From positions 350,444-414,443 of the forward strand of contig JBNZDD010013679.1 in the NCBI GenBank assembly GCA_050575255.1: a stretch of 64,000 nt of DNA, given 5' to 3'. The position numbers were made by a program, and so were the translations under genes. Positions 62,545-64,000 of this stretch are shown in pieces (position 1 is the first letter of the stretch; each line of letters starts with the position of its first letter). The notes below the pieces were generated by a model. It saw nothing but the letters and a program-made list of their open reading frames with translations. It did no database searches and was not told the DNA's origin. Source of the stretch: Harriotta raleighana (taxonomy: Eukaryota).

Positions 62545-63764
62545 GAAAGAAGAGCATCGCTATCTACCCTTTGACACGCGAATGCCTCTCCTCCCACCTC
62601 AACCTTCTTCGATTGGTTCAGGTTGGTTCAGGTTCTATCTTTCAAACCGTCTCCACTTCATCTCTGTCACTGGCTTTTCTTCCAGCCCACACACCATCTT
62701 GTGTGGCATTCCTCGGGGCTCTTTCTTCGCTTCCCTCCTCTTCACCCTCTGCAAGCTCCCCCTCGATGACTTCATCTGCAGACATGGGGTAATTTTCCAC
62801 ATGTACGCAGATGACACCCAACTCTACCTCCACCCTCAACTCCAGGACTACTGGCATCCTGATAGACCACCTATCTGACCTCAAGTCCTGGATGAGAGAC
62901 AACTTTCTCCAGCTCAACATCAGCAAGACCGAGGTCCTCCTGATTGGCTCGTGTCAGCATCTCTGCACCTCGGGCACTGGCAGCATCAGCTTCCATGGTT
63001 CCACCTTACAAAGCCAGTCAGGAATCCTTGTGTCTAGTTTGACTTTCAATTGTCTTTATCACCCACGTCCGCTCCATAACCTTCACTGCCTTCCACCACC
63101 TCTGTAATATTGCCAGACTCCACCACTGTCTCACTCCTCAGGCTGTCAAAACCTTTACCAATGCATTCGCATATCAAGGCTTGACTACCAGAAATTCCCT
63201 CCTCATTGGCCTTCCTGGCTCTTCCCTCCACAAGCTGCAAATCATCCAGAACTCTGCAGCTCATGTCCTCTCCCGCACCCCATCGGTTCAGCGACCCCAT
63301 CACCCACCCTTGCCCGGCTCCATTGGCTCCCCAATCTCCAGAAGATAGTAATCAAGATCCTCACCTGTGCTTTCAAGGCCATTCACAGCTTTTCTCTCTC
63401 CTACCTCTCCGACCTGCTGACTCTGTACCAACCTGATTGCTCCCTTCATTCAGCAGGCTCCGGTCTGCTCCTTCATCTCCCGCCCAACCCGGCCTGCCAT
63501 CGGTGGCTGGGCTTTCAGCCTCTCTGCCCCTACACTCCTGAACTCCATCCCACAGACGCTCAGCCTCTCTTCCTCCCTTGCATTCTTCAAGGCCCATCTC
63601 AGGACCCTCCTTTTTGACCATGCCTTCAGCAACCCTCCCACCTGTCTGCCTCCCCTTTTTATCCCACCCCTCCCCCATGCTCGGGTCCCGACCCCTGACT
63701 ATTCAGCGCCTTGGGACGTCCTCCCAACGTGAAAGGTGCTGTATAAGTGTAATTTTGTTGTTGT
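62545..63764 (+). mobile_element. 5'-truncated, frameshifted L2-clade LINE (RT domain, ORF2 C-terminus, 3' tail)
   Basis: GIPRGS..LLFTL...FHMYADDTQLY (RT motifs including YADD), then DLKSWMRDNFLQLNISKTEVLLIG in another frame; tail cagcgccttgggacgtcctcccaacgtgaaaggtgctgtataag(ttg)n. Confidence 0.95.
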
Positions 63765-64000
63765 ACCTGACCAGCCTCCAAAATTCAAGTACACCATATG
63801 ATTCTATCTCTCATCAGGGGGTTAATGACTGGGATGAATTGCTTCTAGTTGAGATTTTTTTTAAAAAAATCAAGGATCATCACAAGTTGCAAGATGCCAC
63901 CAAAGTCGTAAATAATTCTGTGAGGATGAATTAAATTAGATTTAGACAGCTAAAACTAAGCTTGCATTTTAAAAAGCCTGTAGATTGTGGGTGGAATGAA

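Noticed and set aside
62495-63436. Functional reverse transcriptase gene
   Set aside because: Broken across frames by frameshifts and stops, 5'-truncated and lacking the endonuclease; a dead L2 copy.

Overview
This is AT-rich, CpG-depleted vertebrate non-coding DNA. The repeat content (an L2-tailed tRNA-derived SINE family, SacSINE1-like DeuSINE remnants, L2 and CR1 LINE fragments) points to a cartilaginous fish, probably a holocephalan; the taxon is an inference. I recognise no cellular protein-coding gene, rRNA, true tRNA or known miRNA. The only protein homology is decayed L2 ORF2 reverse transcriptase (62.5-63.8 kb, with fragments at 18.7-19.0 and 37.5-38.2 kb). The window holds about 20 copies or fragments of one SINE family in long and short forms, several TA-flanked Tigger/pogo-like MITEs (some nested), and at least four copies of an old fold-back element family plus other long palindromes. 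A near-perfect 17-bp minisatellite of about 38 units lies next to MITE-derived sequence at 54.7-55.4 kb. A repeat-poor, locally CpG-richer zone at about 9-18 kb carries minus-strand splice signals and may be the 5' non-coding end of a gene or lncRNA running off the left edge. Three single-N joins with flanking duplications and a 156-N gap are assembly features. I found no convincing new biological system; the findings are mostly transposon-evolution and candidate regulatory signals. Repeat boundaries were read by eye and are approximate.
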